A stretch of DNA of 64,000 nucleotides from Octopus bimaculoides (Eukaryota). The position numbers and the translations under genes are program-made. The stretch covers positions 71,397,160 to 71,461,159 of the forward strand of contig NC_068988.1 in NCBI RefSeq assembly GCF_001194135.2. The letters run 5' to 3'. Shown here in pieces: positions 40,358 to 53,058 of the stretch. The notes under the pieces are model-generated. The model was not told where the DNA came from, ran no database searches, and worked only from the letters and a program-made list of their open reading frames with translations. Every line of letters begins with the position of its first letter. The stretch's first letter is position 1.

Positions 40358-40558
40358 CTTTTATCTTCTATCTTTTATTTGTTTCAGCCGTTATAACACT
40401 TGGATGAAATTTTAGTCGAATGTATCGCCCCCAGTGCTTATTTTGTTTAAGCCTGATACTTGTTCCCTCGTTCTCTTTTGCCGAACCACACGGTTATGGG
40501 GGCGTAAACACACCAGCACCGGTCGTCAAGTGGTGGATGGGGACAAACACAGACACAA

Positions 40559-40592
<34 letters not shown>

Positions 40593-40686
40593 CGGGCTTC
40601 TTTCAGTTTCTGTGTATCAAATCCACTCACAACGCTTTAGTCGGTACGAAGCTATATAGAAGACATTTGCCCACGGTGCCACCTTG
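40358..40686 (-). mobile_element. SINE family B with internal (TA)n
   Basis: Family B blocks. Confidence 0.88.
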
Positions 40687-40762
40687 GCAATGAACCCTTT
40701 CCTCTACGTTGTCCTCTCATTAATATATACCATTCTCATTTTGCCTATTTGTTTTCCCTATT

Positions 40763-40820
40763 TGTCTCTGATGACGGAATATCTCATACTCGGGGATATC
40801 CCAGAAACACCTGTAAGACA
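40763..40820 (+). ncRNA. Minimal type I hammerhead ribozyme motif of the Penelope-like-element kind
   Basis: TGTCT-CTGATGA-C-GGAATATC..GATATCCC-A-GAAA-CACCT-GTA-AGACA: stem I TGTCT/AGACA is perfect, core boxes are intact, stem II pairs 7/8, stem III is minimal with a near-palindromic ACACCTGT. Confidence 0.65.
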
Positions 40821-41168
40821 TTGGAATATTTCAATAATAATATCGTATACAACTTGAGATGTTTGCCTTTCCTCAATGTTTGTTGTCCTCTTTAACAATT
40901 ATATATATATACACACACACATGCATATATATATATGACAAGTAGACAAGTAGATGCGCTGTGTTCTTGAACAAAACACTTCAGCTCACTTTGCTCTGCG
41001 ATGTCTTCGACACCCGAAGACTGGTACACCGTGCCCAGTGATAGAGAGAGGGAGCTAATGTGTGTCCCGAATATTTGATCATGATATACAAATTACCTCT
41101 GAGAGTCGTTCTGCAAATAGCTGAAAGCTCATATATCGTCTTCGACGGGAATATATATTTATATATAT

Positions 41169-41214
<46 letters not shown>

Positions 41215-41599
41215 ACACTATGAAGTTAATGATCCGGAAAATTATAAACTTAATAAAAATTAATTTCTGACGGGAGAACATATGGAAGTATATACTATTG
41301 TTTTATATTTGTCAGTCGCACCTATTGACTTTTTCTCTATCTGTATTTTTATGTCTGCTCCTTATTTTTCTTTTAAATGGGTCTTGTTAAGTTTAGAAGC
41401 CTTTGTGTCATTTGTGACGTGTTCCAAAAATATAGTTTCCCTCTCTATAAAATATTGACGTCATAGTCGAAAGAGGCTAGTCAGAAATATTTTAGGAAAC
41501 TCCATTATATTTTGTTTTACTGTAAATCAGTTAATTTTGGCAGCAGACTATAAATCTAGACGCTAGATATATTTAAAATGCCTGATCAGTTGAAAGAGA

Positions 41600-41960
41600 A
41601 GGTTAGATGTCAATCTAAATTGTACCCAACTTGATAACTCTACATAATCCCTTCCCTGCTGCATAATTAGCCTCCTGTGATTCTAAGAACGTTACTCTCT
41701 AACCTTTGTTTCTGGAATTAATAATCGTAATTACCTATACCGTTGGGAATCCAAATATTTTAGATAATCTAAATCTTAAAAATAATCAGCAAACAAGTTC
41801 TTATCTATTGGATGCAAAGGTATATATACAGTTTAACTTTCACAGAATATAATCATGATAATCAGGAAGTAAATCTACTATATTTGAACAAGGATTTTAT
41901 TCAGCGGCCAACAATTTGTAGTCTAACCCATCCTTATAGCCACTTTAGTGTTTAATTGGC
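41600..41960 (+). mobile_element. Possible very old Helitron/Pif1-helicase C-terminal remnant
   Basis: Weak motifs PPVILRTL...NLC and VNLLYLNKDF..FSGQQFVV (compare ILLRN..LCNGT and FSHGQLYVA). Confidence 0.25.
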
Positions 41961-44900
41961 GATAAAAGAGAACAAAGGAAAACTATAAACAAATAAACTA
42001 GTTAATGGAATGTTTCAAAAAGTATTACAATGCTCTCTTTTTCCATAAATGTCCCTTTTGTTTAACTGTAAGTCAAGTGTGTGCGCGCGCACGTGCTTGT
42101 TTGTGAGTGCGGTGTGTGTATATATATATGTAATTGTAAGTATATGCACATGCGTGTTCATCAACCAATGTATCATAATACATTCTATGTGTGTGTGTAT
42201 GTGTGTATGCATGTATGTGTGCTTGTGTGTCTATGGAAGCGTGTGTCACACCTTATTTTCCGTTTGTTTGTCAACATTATTATTGCGTTCAATTATATAT
42301 TTAAAGTTTATCATTTTCTCCTGTGATGAATGTCATCGACAGAACACAACGACCAATATGAAAGCCAACAGCCATGACATCTTTATAGACTATGTTGAAG
42401 CCCATAACTTTGCTTCGTTCAGTGATGTAACTTGGTTATATCATTAATCAAAACTTTCCCTCCTTCACCAAATTTCACCGTCACTATGTTTCATATTTCA
42501 ATCGAATCTATGACTTTAGCAACAGTCTCAACTTGTTATATATTGCTTTCTTTTACCTACCCAACAAAAATAAAATCGGTATGTTTCTTTCAAAATTACT
42601 CACACCCTACTAGTCAACCAGCAGAGAGTCGAAATTTTACTATACAATGAATGTGATACATCCGATACTTTACCCTGAACTGGTCACTAATACAGTTGCC
42701 TAATGAACACCATTAATTAAAGAAACCGCCGCTATATAGAAATACAACTCTGGCGAAACCGGTCAAGTAAGATATTTTGTGCTGTATGGTAACAGTACGA
42801 ATGTTAAGAAAATTCGGTAGGTGCTTCGGGGGTGCTTGTGTGGAGGCGTTATGCAACTGTATGTATGTATATAATACATATATCTGCATATAAATATGTG
42901 CGTGCATATGTTTCTATGTATATAATATATGTATCTGTATATATGTGTGTGCGTATATACATCACATATATATACACGCATATATATATATATANNNNNN
43001 NNNNNNNNNNNNNNNNNNNNNNNNNNNNNNNNNNNNNNNNNNNNNNNNNNNNNNNNNNNNNNNNNNNNNNNNNNNNNNNNNNNNNNNNNNNNNNNNNNNN
43101 NNNNNNNNNNNNNNNNNNNNNNNNNNNNNNNNNNNNNNNNNNNNNNNNNNNNNNNNNNNNNNNNNNNNNNNNNNNNNNNNNNNNNNNNNNNNNNNNNNNN
43201 NNNNNNNNNNNNNNNNNNNNNNNNNNNNNNNNNNNNNNNNNNNNNNNNNNNNNNNNNNNNNNNNNNNNNNNNNNNNNNNNNNNNNNNNNNNNNNNNNNNN
43301 NNNNNNNNNNNNNNNNNNNNNNNNNNNNNNNNNNNNNNNNNNNNNNNNNNNNNNNNNNNNNNNNNNNNNNNNNNNNNNNNNNNNNNNNNNNNNNNNNNNN
43401 NNNNNNNNNNNNNNNNNNNNNNNNNNNNNNNNNNNNNNNNNNNNNNNNNNNNNNNNNNNNNNNNNNNNNNNNNNNNNNNNNNNNNNNNNNNNNNNNNNNN
43501 NNNNNNNNNNNNNNNNNNNNNNNNNNNNNNNNNNNNNNNNNNNNNNNNNNNNNNNNNNNNNNNNNNNNNNNNNNNNNNNNNNNNNNNNNNNNNNNNNNNN
43601 NNNNNNNNNNNNNNNNNNNNNNNNNNNNNNNNNNNNNNNNNNNNNNNNNNNNNNNNNNNNNNNNNNNNNNNNNNNNNNNNNNNNNNNNNNNNNNNNNNNN
43701 NNNNNNNNNNNNNNNNNNNNNNNNNNNNNNNNNNNNNNNNNNNNNNNNNNNNNNNNNNNNNNNNNNNNNNNNNNNNNNATATAATTTAGGAAAACGAATT
43801 TCAAAATTAATCAAGTACAACCCTTCAGAATCACATGCATTTGCATATCGCAAATTGGAGTCTTATTTATCATATATTTATATATTTATGTAGAAATATA
43901 CAAAGTATCTAATAAAAGTCAATAATAATTCAGATTTGTGGATTAATAGATATGCGGGTATTCTATTTCAAATAATACAAAAAAAAAATCTAATGAGTAT
44001 ATCTGAAAGTAAACTCATGGTAACCATTTGCACATCATGAAATAATACTTAAAAGGACATAACCATTGTACCAGCAAGGTATATACTATACTTCCTTAAT
44101 TATCTCTTAGTTTAGTCAACACCAAATTAATTAAATATAAAGGAACTACACGCGTTTGAGTATTAGAAGATTACAATATATATACATACTTACAATTGTA
44201 TACATACATACATACATACATACATATATNNNNNNNNNNCAAGCAAACATACATACACAAACACAAACACACACACACGCACACAAACACACATATATAT
44301 ATATCCGAGTTTGTATGACTGTGCATAGAACAATATATTAATCAATGAAATTCCATCTTATTTTGATTTTCACGCGCTATTATTTGCAATTTAAACAATT
44401 TTACAATTTTAAATTCTTACAATATTTAAATAAACTTGTACTTTCATGTGGTACACAATCATCAGGTTTATGTACTGACATTCGTGCTCCACACTTGACA
44501 ACTGTAGCAAAATAGTTGGCTTTATCCATTGGATACCTCACCACCGAGTTCTATAATTTGTTGAATGATAATTTTATAAACTTTGTTATGACTACATGTT
44601 TCAAGATGGTTGCTTAAAGGTATCTGACGACATCAGGAACCCTTATATGGTGTCGGTGCACACGTGAACATTCTGATAATGCATTCCCAGTCTGACCAAG
44701 TCGAGTATTTCATGCAGTAAATTAAATTTCTGCTTTTGCAGTTCATATATATATATATATATATANNNNNNNNNNNNNNNNNNNNNNNNNNNNNNNNNNN
44801 NNNNNNNNNNNNNNNNNNNNNNNNNNNNNNNNNNNNNNNNNNNNNNNNNNNNNNNNNNNNNNNNNNNNNNNNNNNNNNNNNNNNNNNNNNNNNNNNNNNN

Positions 44901-45625
44901 NNNNNNNNNNNNNNNNNNNNNNNNNNNNNNNNNNNNNNNNNNNNNNNNNNNNNNNNNNNNNNNNNNNNNNNNNNNNNNNNNNNNNNNNNNNNNNNNNNNN
45001 NNNNNNNNNNNNNNNNNNNNNNNNNNNNNNNNNNNNNNNNNNNNNNNNNNNNNNNNNNNNNNNNNNNNNNNNNNNNNNNNNNNNNNNNNNNNNNNNNNNN
45101 NNNNNNNNNNNNNNNNNNNNNNNNNNNNNNNNNNNNNNNNNNNNNNNNNNNNNNNNNNNNNNNNNNNNNNNNNNNNNNNNNNNNNNNNNNNNNNNNNNNN
45201 NNNNNNNNNNNNNNNNNNNNNNNNNNNNNNNNNNNNNNNNNNNNNNNNNNNNNNNNNNNNNNNNNNNNNNNNNNNNNNNNNNNNNNNNNNNNNNNNNNNN
45301 NNNNNNNNNNNNNNNNNNNNNNNNNNNNNNNNNNNNNNNNNNNNNNNNNNNNNNNNNNNNNNNNNNNNNNNNNNNNNNNNNNNNNNNNNNNNNNNNNNNN
45401 NNNNNNNNNNNNNNNNNNNNNNNNNNNNNNNNNNNNNNNNNNNNNNNNNNNNNNNNNNNNNNNNNNNNNNNNNNNNNNNNNNNNNNNNNNNNNNNNNNNN
45501 NNNNNNNNNNNNNNNNNNNNNNNNNNNNNNNNNNNNNNNNNNNNNNNNNNNNNNNNNNNNNNNNNNNNNNNNNNNNNNNNNNNNNNNNNNNNNNNNNNNN
45601 NNNNNNNNNNNNNNNNNNNNNNNNN

Positions 45626-47423
45626 TGTAAAGTCAAGGATATAATATCAAATACAAATTATATTATATAACATTATACTTCAGAATAAAGTGTCTGTATT
45701 CAAATATGAAATACAACAAGAAAAATTCAAATACATATCTTACTTTTTTGCTGGTAGCAGGATTAGTTTTCAAAATGGTGATTAGAGGAAGAAGATAGCA
45801 GGGAACTATGGGAATTTAAAGGTGATTAGTACCAAGGGGGGTAATTATACTATACATAGTTTTAATTTAAAATATCCTGTATTATTATCTTCAATCTACC
45901 TATGTTGTGAGATATATATAATTTGTTATTATATAATTTTAGTAATATTTAATTTATTTATCCATTTGTATAGTCTATTCAAGTGCTGTAGAAATAAAAT
46001 TGTGTTGATATTTGTTTCAAGATTGGGTTTCAGTATTTCATTTTATTGAAGGCAAAATTACTTTTGTGCCTACATTTTTCCACGTTCATTATATGTGTTT
46101 AATATTTCATCTCCAGACTGTAGTAGTTTCATAAATTCTGTTATGCATAATAAGCACATTTTTCCCAATACTATAGGAGTGGTCTCTACCTATTGTGCTC
46201 CAATTAAGGGTGTACTCACTTTTTCTAGATTTTAATTCCCATATATATTTAGTTAAGCTGTGGACTTACTTATAGTAGGATTTTTGAAGTTCTGGTAGTG
46301 TTGGGATATTCTTTTTTTTATTCCATTAGCTTTTGATCCAATATAAGAGTTATTCATAATTTTATTATTATTGTTCTTAGAGCTTACTATACATTTATAA
46401 ATTATATTATTAATATTACAATTATTAGAGAGTTTACATTTAGTCTTATCACGACATGAACATTTTTCTATATGTTGATTAAGACTTCTACCACTATCGG
46501 TTATATTATTGTTAGAGCTATTATTTATTATGCTATTATGATAATTATTTAATTTCTTATTATTATAGAGGAAATGATATTACCTACATTTCTCGATGTT
46601 TAGTATCCCACTCTTATGGTTATATTGGAAAATATATTTGAATAGCTGTTGTCGTTTTTGAAAATCATTTTTACAATTTTAAGTGTCTCTTTAATAATAT
46701 TAGTCATCACGTCATCCCGATACGGAATAATTAACCACATAATATCCTTTTTATTTTTTATATTTTTTATATTATCATTATTAGACATCATCAGTATTAA
46801 ATTGTTCTTACGTATATTATATCTCTGCTTGTATAGTTTCCTATGTTTTTACTATTGCTCATATTCTCATTATCAATATTACTAATATTATTGTAGACAT
46901 TAATAACGACTATATTGTTTTTATCTTTATTTAGCTTGTTATATTTTCTTTTATTATTATTCATATTTATACAGTTAGAATTATTATTAGTTTTAAGATT
47001 ACTTGTTATATTATTATTGTTAATGTTTTCGTAATAATTATACAATTGTATATAATAGAGTTATATCCTGCTTCTTTAAATGCTCTATTATAATATGGGG
47101 CATGTTTATTAAAAGTGTCATAATCTGAGGATAGCATAGATATTCTTTTGCCTATATTATCTATACAAGCTTCTTTAACTGATCTAGGATGGTTACTTAA
47201 AGAATTAATATAAGTTCATTTAACTTGTTAGTGACTAGATTACGGTTGACGTCGAGATAATTTACTGCATAATGCTCATTCTCTATAGATATCCCAGCAA
47301 AAAAGAAAGATATGTATTTGAATTTTTCTTGTTATATTTCACATTTAAATACAGACATTTTTATTCTGAAGTATAATTTTATATCTTATAATTTGCATTT
47401 GACATTATATACTTGAATTTACA
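45626..47423 (-). mobile_element. 1.8-kb unit with ~128-bp TIRs enclosing a decayed Penelope-like RT-thumb/GIY-YIG region
   Basis: TIRs at 45626-45754 and 47294-47423, ~88% identical by eye; inside on the minus strand VNYLDVN, SNHPRSV..NIGKRISMLSS..FNKHAPYYNRAFKEAGY, IMWLIIPY, CSCRDKTKCKLSNNC..IIYKC, SYIGS..KKRISQH, YIWELKS. Confidence 0.85.
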
Positions 47424-47427
47424 AGGT

Positions 47428-47461
<34 letters not shown>

Positions 47462-47594
47462 AAGGTTTCAAATTTGTATGTTTAAAAATGTAGAGACTCT
47501 CAACACGACCGATCTTTATTCCATTTATTTAATTATTTACAATTCGATGTCAACATTTCTGTGCCCAACTCTATCCAGCGACTGATCCGTTGGA

Positions 47595-47640
47595 TGTCTG
47601 ACGTTTGGCACTTCCTCAGGAATGGCTTCCATCAGAACAA
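47595..47640 (-). ncRNA. Degenerate, probably inactive minimal hammerhead ribozyme
   Basis: TTGTT-CTGATGG-AAGCCATTCCTGAGGAAGTGCC-AAAC-GTC-AGACA: core mutated (A9 to G, G12 missing); followed on the same strand by AATAAA-rich sequence like a PLE terminal repeat. Confidence 0.35.
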
Positions 47641-48409
47641 ATTACGAAAAAACACAATTAACGATCATAACAGATTATTAAAATACTTGACTATACCTCC
47701 ATGCTGCCTTCATTTATTTTGTTTACTATATACAGGGGAGGTAAATCCTTAATGTTTCCAATTGCTACCGCTCTCCTGTGAATGTCTACTAGATTAATTT
47801 ATTTTATTTATTTATTAATTTATTTATTAATTTATTTATTAATGACACCAGCTGTATTAAAAAGGAACATTTCTTGGACTACATAATTGGGCAGAAAGTT
47901 TGTGGCGCCTTGCCTTCTGGTTAGTCATTGAACGGACTTCCAGGCCATCAAATATAAATCCGGTGCACGTGTGTGTGTGTGTGCGTCCGTGTGTGCGTCT
48001 GTATACCAGATCTATGAACGCGTAGATGTGGGTGTCTGATGCCTATGCTTGTGTATGAGCTATGCGTGTGTGCATGGAGGGATTCGCATGAATGTAAGCT
48101 GGAGTGTGGGTGAGAGCTGAGGGCATCAGCTTGTTAGTGCGTATGTGCGTGTTTGCTGGAATGTGTTGATGTATGGGCGCGGCTGCGTATCAGATATATG
48201 TCCTAGCATGCTTTCTAAGATGGATACGGCTGTATACCAGCTAAGTGTGAATAATTACGTGCAGAAATATTTGAATGTATATATGAACTGTGCATATCAG
48301 CTGTGTGTGAATCACTTGTATGTGTTAGTGTGCGTAAGCGCATGCACGAATATTTGTGCATTAATGCCTGCTTTATACGCGGATGTGCGTGTGCGTGTGC
48401 ATATATATT

Positions 48410-48797
48410 CTCATACTCGTTTACTTGTTTCAGTCATTTGACTGCGGCCATGCTGGGGCATCACCTTTAGTCGAGAAAATCGACCCCAGGACTTATTCTT
48501 TGTAAGCCTAGTACTTATTCTATCGGTCTGTTTTGCCGAACCGCTGAGTTACGGGGACGTAAACACACCAGCATCGGTTGTCAAGCGATGTTGGGGGGGA
48601 CAAACACACACTCATATATATATATACATATATACGACGGTCTTCTTTCAGTTTCCGTCTACCAAATCCACTCACTAGGCTTTGGTCGGCCCGAGGCTAT
48701 AGTAGAAGACACATGCCCAAGGTGCCACGCAGTGGGACTGAACCCGGAACCATGTGGTTGGCAAGCAAGCTACTTACTACACAGCCACTCCTACGCC
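48410..48797 (-). mobile_element. SINE family B, full length, low divergence
   Basis: Nearly identical to 55724-56142 in reverse complement. Confidence 0.92.
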
Positions 48798-50539
48798 TAT
48801 ATATGCATGCTTTTACTATTTAAGTGTGCCAGCATGAAAGATGTATGTTAGTGTAGTTGCAACAGTTTTACTTGGTGTGGGTGGTGGAATCTGGCGTTGG
48901 ATTGAGAGTTGATGGTATAAGAGGGAGAAAGAAAGAGGAAGAGAGAGAAAAGCATACGTACATATATGTATATGTGTATGTGCGGGCACAAACACACGCA
49001 TACATCTATACTGAGTATGTAATCCTTAAGTGTAATATAGGGGGAGGGGCTCGCGCGGCGAAATGGTCCACACGATCCTCTGTATTTATATTAGGAATCC
49101 TGTGGACAGCTTTACAACGCGACACACCCCCATATTACATGTAAGGATCACAAACCTAATTTCCTCTCCATCCCCAAATGCAGGTTGTTCAAGACATCTA
49201 AAAGCGGGATAGACATTGTAAGGAAGAGCTCTTTAATAGCATTAACTCAGATACCAGAAGAGACACGGGGTTGTTGGAATGGGATTTCATCGCAGCTGGG
49301 ATCGAATAGCTTTGCAGTATCGGGAATAAATCCGCCTGCAGAGTCACACAGTTTGACATCATGGACTTCTGCCTCTCCCTCTGGTTTTCGCTAAGCATTT
49401 CATTATTATAACCGACCTCAATGTTAGAATCGTCATGATCGCCAGAAAGTCAATTATGGCTCACTTCAGTTCTCTCTGAGTGAAGAAAGAAGGCGATCCA
49501 CTGATCAATATTTTTATAGGGAGCTACGACGGGATTGAGATTGCCGATCGCCTTTGGTTACTTAACTTGGATACCCTGAAGAAATGTACACAATTTTAAT
49601 GGGAGGATAGACTGGCAATATCAAGTTAGATAAACGGCCACACTATTGATAAGTTTAGGAAGAATAAATATAAATATAAATATTCAAAGAACTTAGTCTG
49701 TTTATAGTACTTAATATCAACTTGACCAGAATTGTCAGATCTATCTCTGCGAAAGACTACATATTCTAACCTGCAATATTTGTGAACAGGAAATGTGAAC
49801 CAGCTAACAGCTGCCATCGGAGTACATCCTCCTGGTAAACTTGAAACCACTGTTTGCCAAGAAGCCAGATATACCACATTAATATTGGTTGCACTGTAAC
49901 ACTTGCTGTCCCAGAACCAAGGATAACTAGTGATACCTTCGCAAACCACAATCTGACTTCTACCGTCGTCTCTATATACGTGGATGTGCGCGTACACTCA
50001 TACATCTGTATATGTATGCTATTCCTCTCTTTCGTTCTCCCCCTAACACCACAGAACTTCAAGCCAACGCCAAATACCCCCAATAACCAGCGAAGCTCTT
50101 GCATATATCTATCATCCTTGTACATGTAAATAACATAGCAAAAGCATGTATAAATACATATGTACACGCACACGCACATATCAGTTAAAAACACGAACGC
50201 ACGCATGTATGTCCTCCCAAACGCGCACCTATTCATACATACATACATACATACATACACCTATAAGTGCAAGAGTGCACATAACTCTCGTAACTAATCA
50301 TTCATACGCGCACGCACCCAACATGCATCCTAAACACGTACGAGCACGCAAGTATCTACACGTGGCTGATACGCATCAGACACTCACATCTACGCACTCA
50401 TACATCTGGTGTACACACACATTTCTAGAGAAGTACACACAAATACATACACATACATACACACAAACAAACCCTCGCCAGTCATATATTTGGCGGCCCA
50501 CAAGTCCATTCAAAGACTAGCGTGATAAAAAGCTTCCTG

Positions 50540-50900
50540 TCCAGCTTCTTAATCCAAAAATTTCTCATTTATAATGACATAGGCAAAAGATTCCTGTGTC
50601 TCTTAGATTCTCCTGTAAATCACAGGTACAGAAAAATATTCAACAGGCGTTCAGTCAAATCATCATATAGCTGCTGTCCCAATATTACAAAGAGTCTACT
50701 CCAAGTGTAACTCTCGAATCAGAGGAACTTGTCCACTCGACTAGGTGATAAACTCCGTCATATATAGGTCAGAAGTTACGGCAATGCTAGATGATGAAAT
50801 AACTGAAAAGAAGAGTTACATTGGATTACGGGTTGGTGACTTCAAAAATCGTTCATCTGTCTTCTCTTCATGGAAAAATGTGTATCATAAAGCTTTTAAT
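50540..50900 (+). mobile_element. Second Penelope-like fragment (thumb, Cys linker, GIY-YIG)
   Basis: NDIGKRFLCLLD..PVNHRYRKIFNRRSVKSSYSCCPNI, KCNSRIRGTCPLD, SVIYRSEV..KKSYIGL..GDFKNR. Confidence 0.85.
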
Positions 50901-52911
50901 ATGGTATACAAATTGGGACTTAGCTAAATTGATTAGCCAAATTTGCATAACGACGCGCATAACGTATTGAGATAACCTGAAACGCAAGATATATATTTTT
51001 TAAATAAACAGTATTGTAGACGGAGGAGACAAAGTGGGTATATTATAATTCTGGAGGGACAAGCATCTTTTGTCTATTTAGACTAAACCCCAGTAAAACA
51101 TCGTAGTATAGGACTTTTTAGCGCAGTGCTCTATGTGAGCTACATATATTACGCCACAATGCTAAAGTCGTATTTCGTTACTTTCTGAGCTCAGCGTTCA
51201 GATCGCAACGACTTTGCCTTTCGTATATTTCGAGGTTAATATATAATGCACCATTCGAAATTTTATTTCTTCTTTCCTTTTTCTATTTTGTGTTGTTTTT
51301 TTTTTGTTTTTGATGTAGCAATTCTTTTGGTTATTTTTTGATATACTTATGATTACAGTAGCTTCCTTACAAGTGAAATATGCAAACGTTTATCCATCTG
51401 AAATCAAGGAATAATATGATGAGTAATTTTGCTTGTAATGTACTCTCGTTAATTATTCGAAAATGTTAAAATTAATGGCATCACTAACCCGAAAGGATAT
51501 ACCAATTAAGTGAATAAATTTTATGGAAATCTATATTTAGTGAGGTTAAACATGCCATTCATATGTAGCTGGTATTCTCTTTACTACTAATAATCTTCCA
51601 ATGTAAACATACGTCTTCAGTTAGACCGAAACATCTTGAGAATTGACTCCGTAATTTCCAGAAAAAAATTTAAATATTACTCATTAATTAATATTAATTT
51701 TCTGCAAAACATGTTTATTTCGATTTTTAATGCTCTATTTATTACTTTTCGTACCAAAACATAGTTATTGATTTACATGCAGAGGACGTCTTTAAATTAC
51801 TTAGTTTCTAGGCAAATGTATATTTCGAAGCTAAAACTTTTACAACGTCATACATTTATTTAATAATTCTTTATTAACAACCTCAGGAAAAACAGTAAAA
51901 TATATGTCCATCTAAGCAATTGAAAACAAGACCTGAACATGCCATGAATTTTTTCCTAAGTGTACCTTTAAATGTTACATGGCAATTATTAACATGGATT
52001 TTACTTCTCGTGTTTGAAAAAGAATTTCTTTTTTAATGTTAGCCAGAATTAAACAAATAGACAGGGAATATTTTCTTGCCTTGCTAGCTAAATCGTAGAA
52101 CGAATTTTAATAATAATGAGGGCATGTTCATACAATATTACAGAAATTGTGTGTTTTTAATAAATTTTCATTATAAGAGTGAAACACCGAGTAAAATTAA
52201 TTTTTTAAACCGGAGATATATAAATTAACCAAAAGAGAAGGCGTCTTTAATGCCATTATATTCTTCAACTACATCGATTAGACTAGAAATATTTCGGTTT
52301 CCAAACCACATTTGGCTTAGTATTCAACACAGTATAATGCATATGAATGAATTAAACAGTGAAAATAACTTGATACTTCAGTTATAACAAGAAGACTGTA
52401 GCACAGCTGGAATAAATTGCATAAATAACAAACACAATGAGTGTTATTTAAAGTCACTCAATAAATAATATTACACAGAAAACATTATTTCAGTTTGTTT
52501 GAAATTGTTAAAATTTGTCTTTAACTAAAAATGCTAATTTCCGCGAACATTCACTGTTCGCAAATAGCGCTTAAACACGATTTTTCTCATATGAAGTCGC
52601 AAAAAATTTTGAGAAAATACTTTGTTGTTGTGTCTTCCAAAATATTTCATCTTTGAACATATTTTAAAGACACGACATTCAGGAAAACTTTTTCGTTTTC
52701 AAGATAGAATATTTTCTCACTGAAAAGAAGAAAATATTTTGCATGATATTGCAATGAGACTGTTGCAATACTTAAGGAAGGCAATACACGTAAACATTAC
52801 TAAACTGAGCAATCGACTCAATCTTCTCTTTTAACCGAAGAGCTATTTCTAGAGAAATATGAATGATTGAAATAAAGTATTTAAACACAGTTACTTGTAA
52901 TATTGAAACTG

Positions 52912-53058
52912 CATCCAGAAACGTTAGTACAACGGGCAAATTGCTTAGTAGTATTTCGTTTGTCTTTACGTTCCGAGTTCAAATTCTGCCGAAGTCGGCT
53001 TTGCCTTTCATTCTTTTAGAGTCGATAAATTAAGTACCAGTTTCGTACTGGGGTCGAA
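52912..53058 (+). mobile_element. SINE family A
   Basis: GAGTTCAAATTCTGCCGAAGTCGGCTTTGCCTTTCATTC..GTCGATAAATTAAGTACCAG. Confidence 0.87.

Noticed and set aside
44588-44640. GAAACATGTA on the minus strand and CTGACGA on the plus strand
   Set aside because: Core elements are not on one strand with valid stems
46390-46465. Possible selenocysteine codons in the PLE Cys linker (some Naiad PLEs encode selenoproteins)
   Set aside because: All four cysteines here are TGT; no in-frame TGA at those positions
49147-49390. Minus-strand frame KPEGEAEVHDVKLCD..PRVSSGI*VNAIKELF with one TGA
   Set aside because: Only 47 codons before the stop, no recognisable homology and weak splice sites; expected by chance
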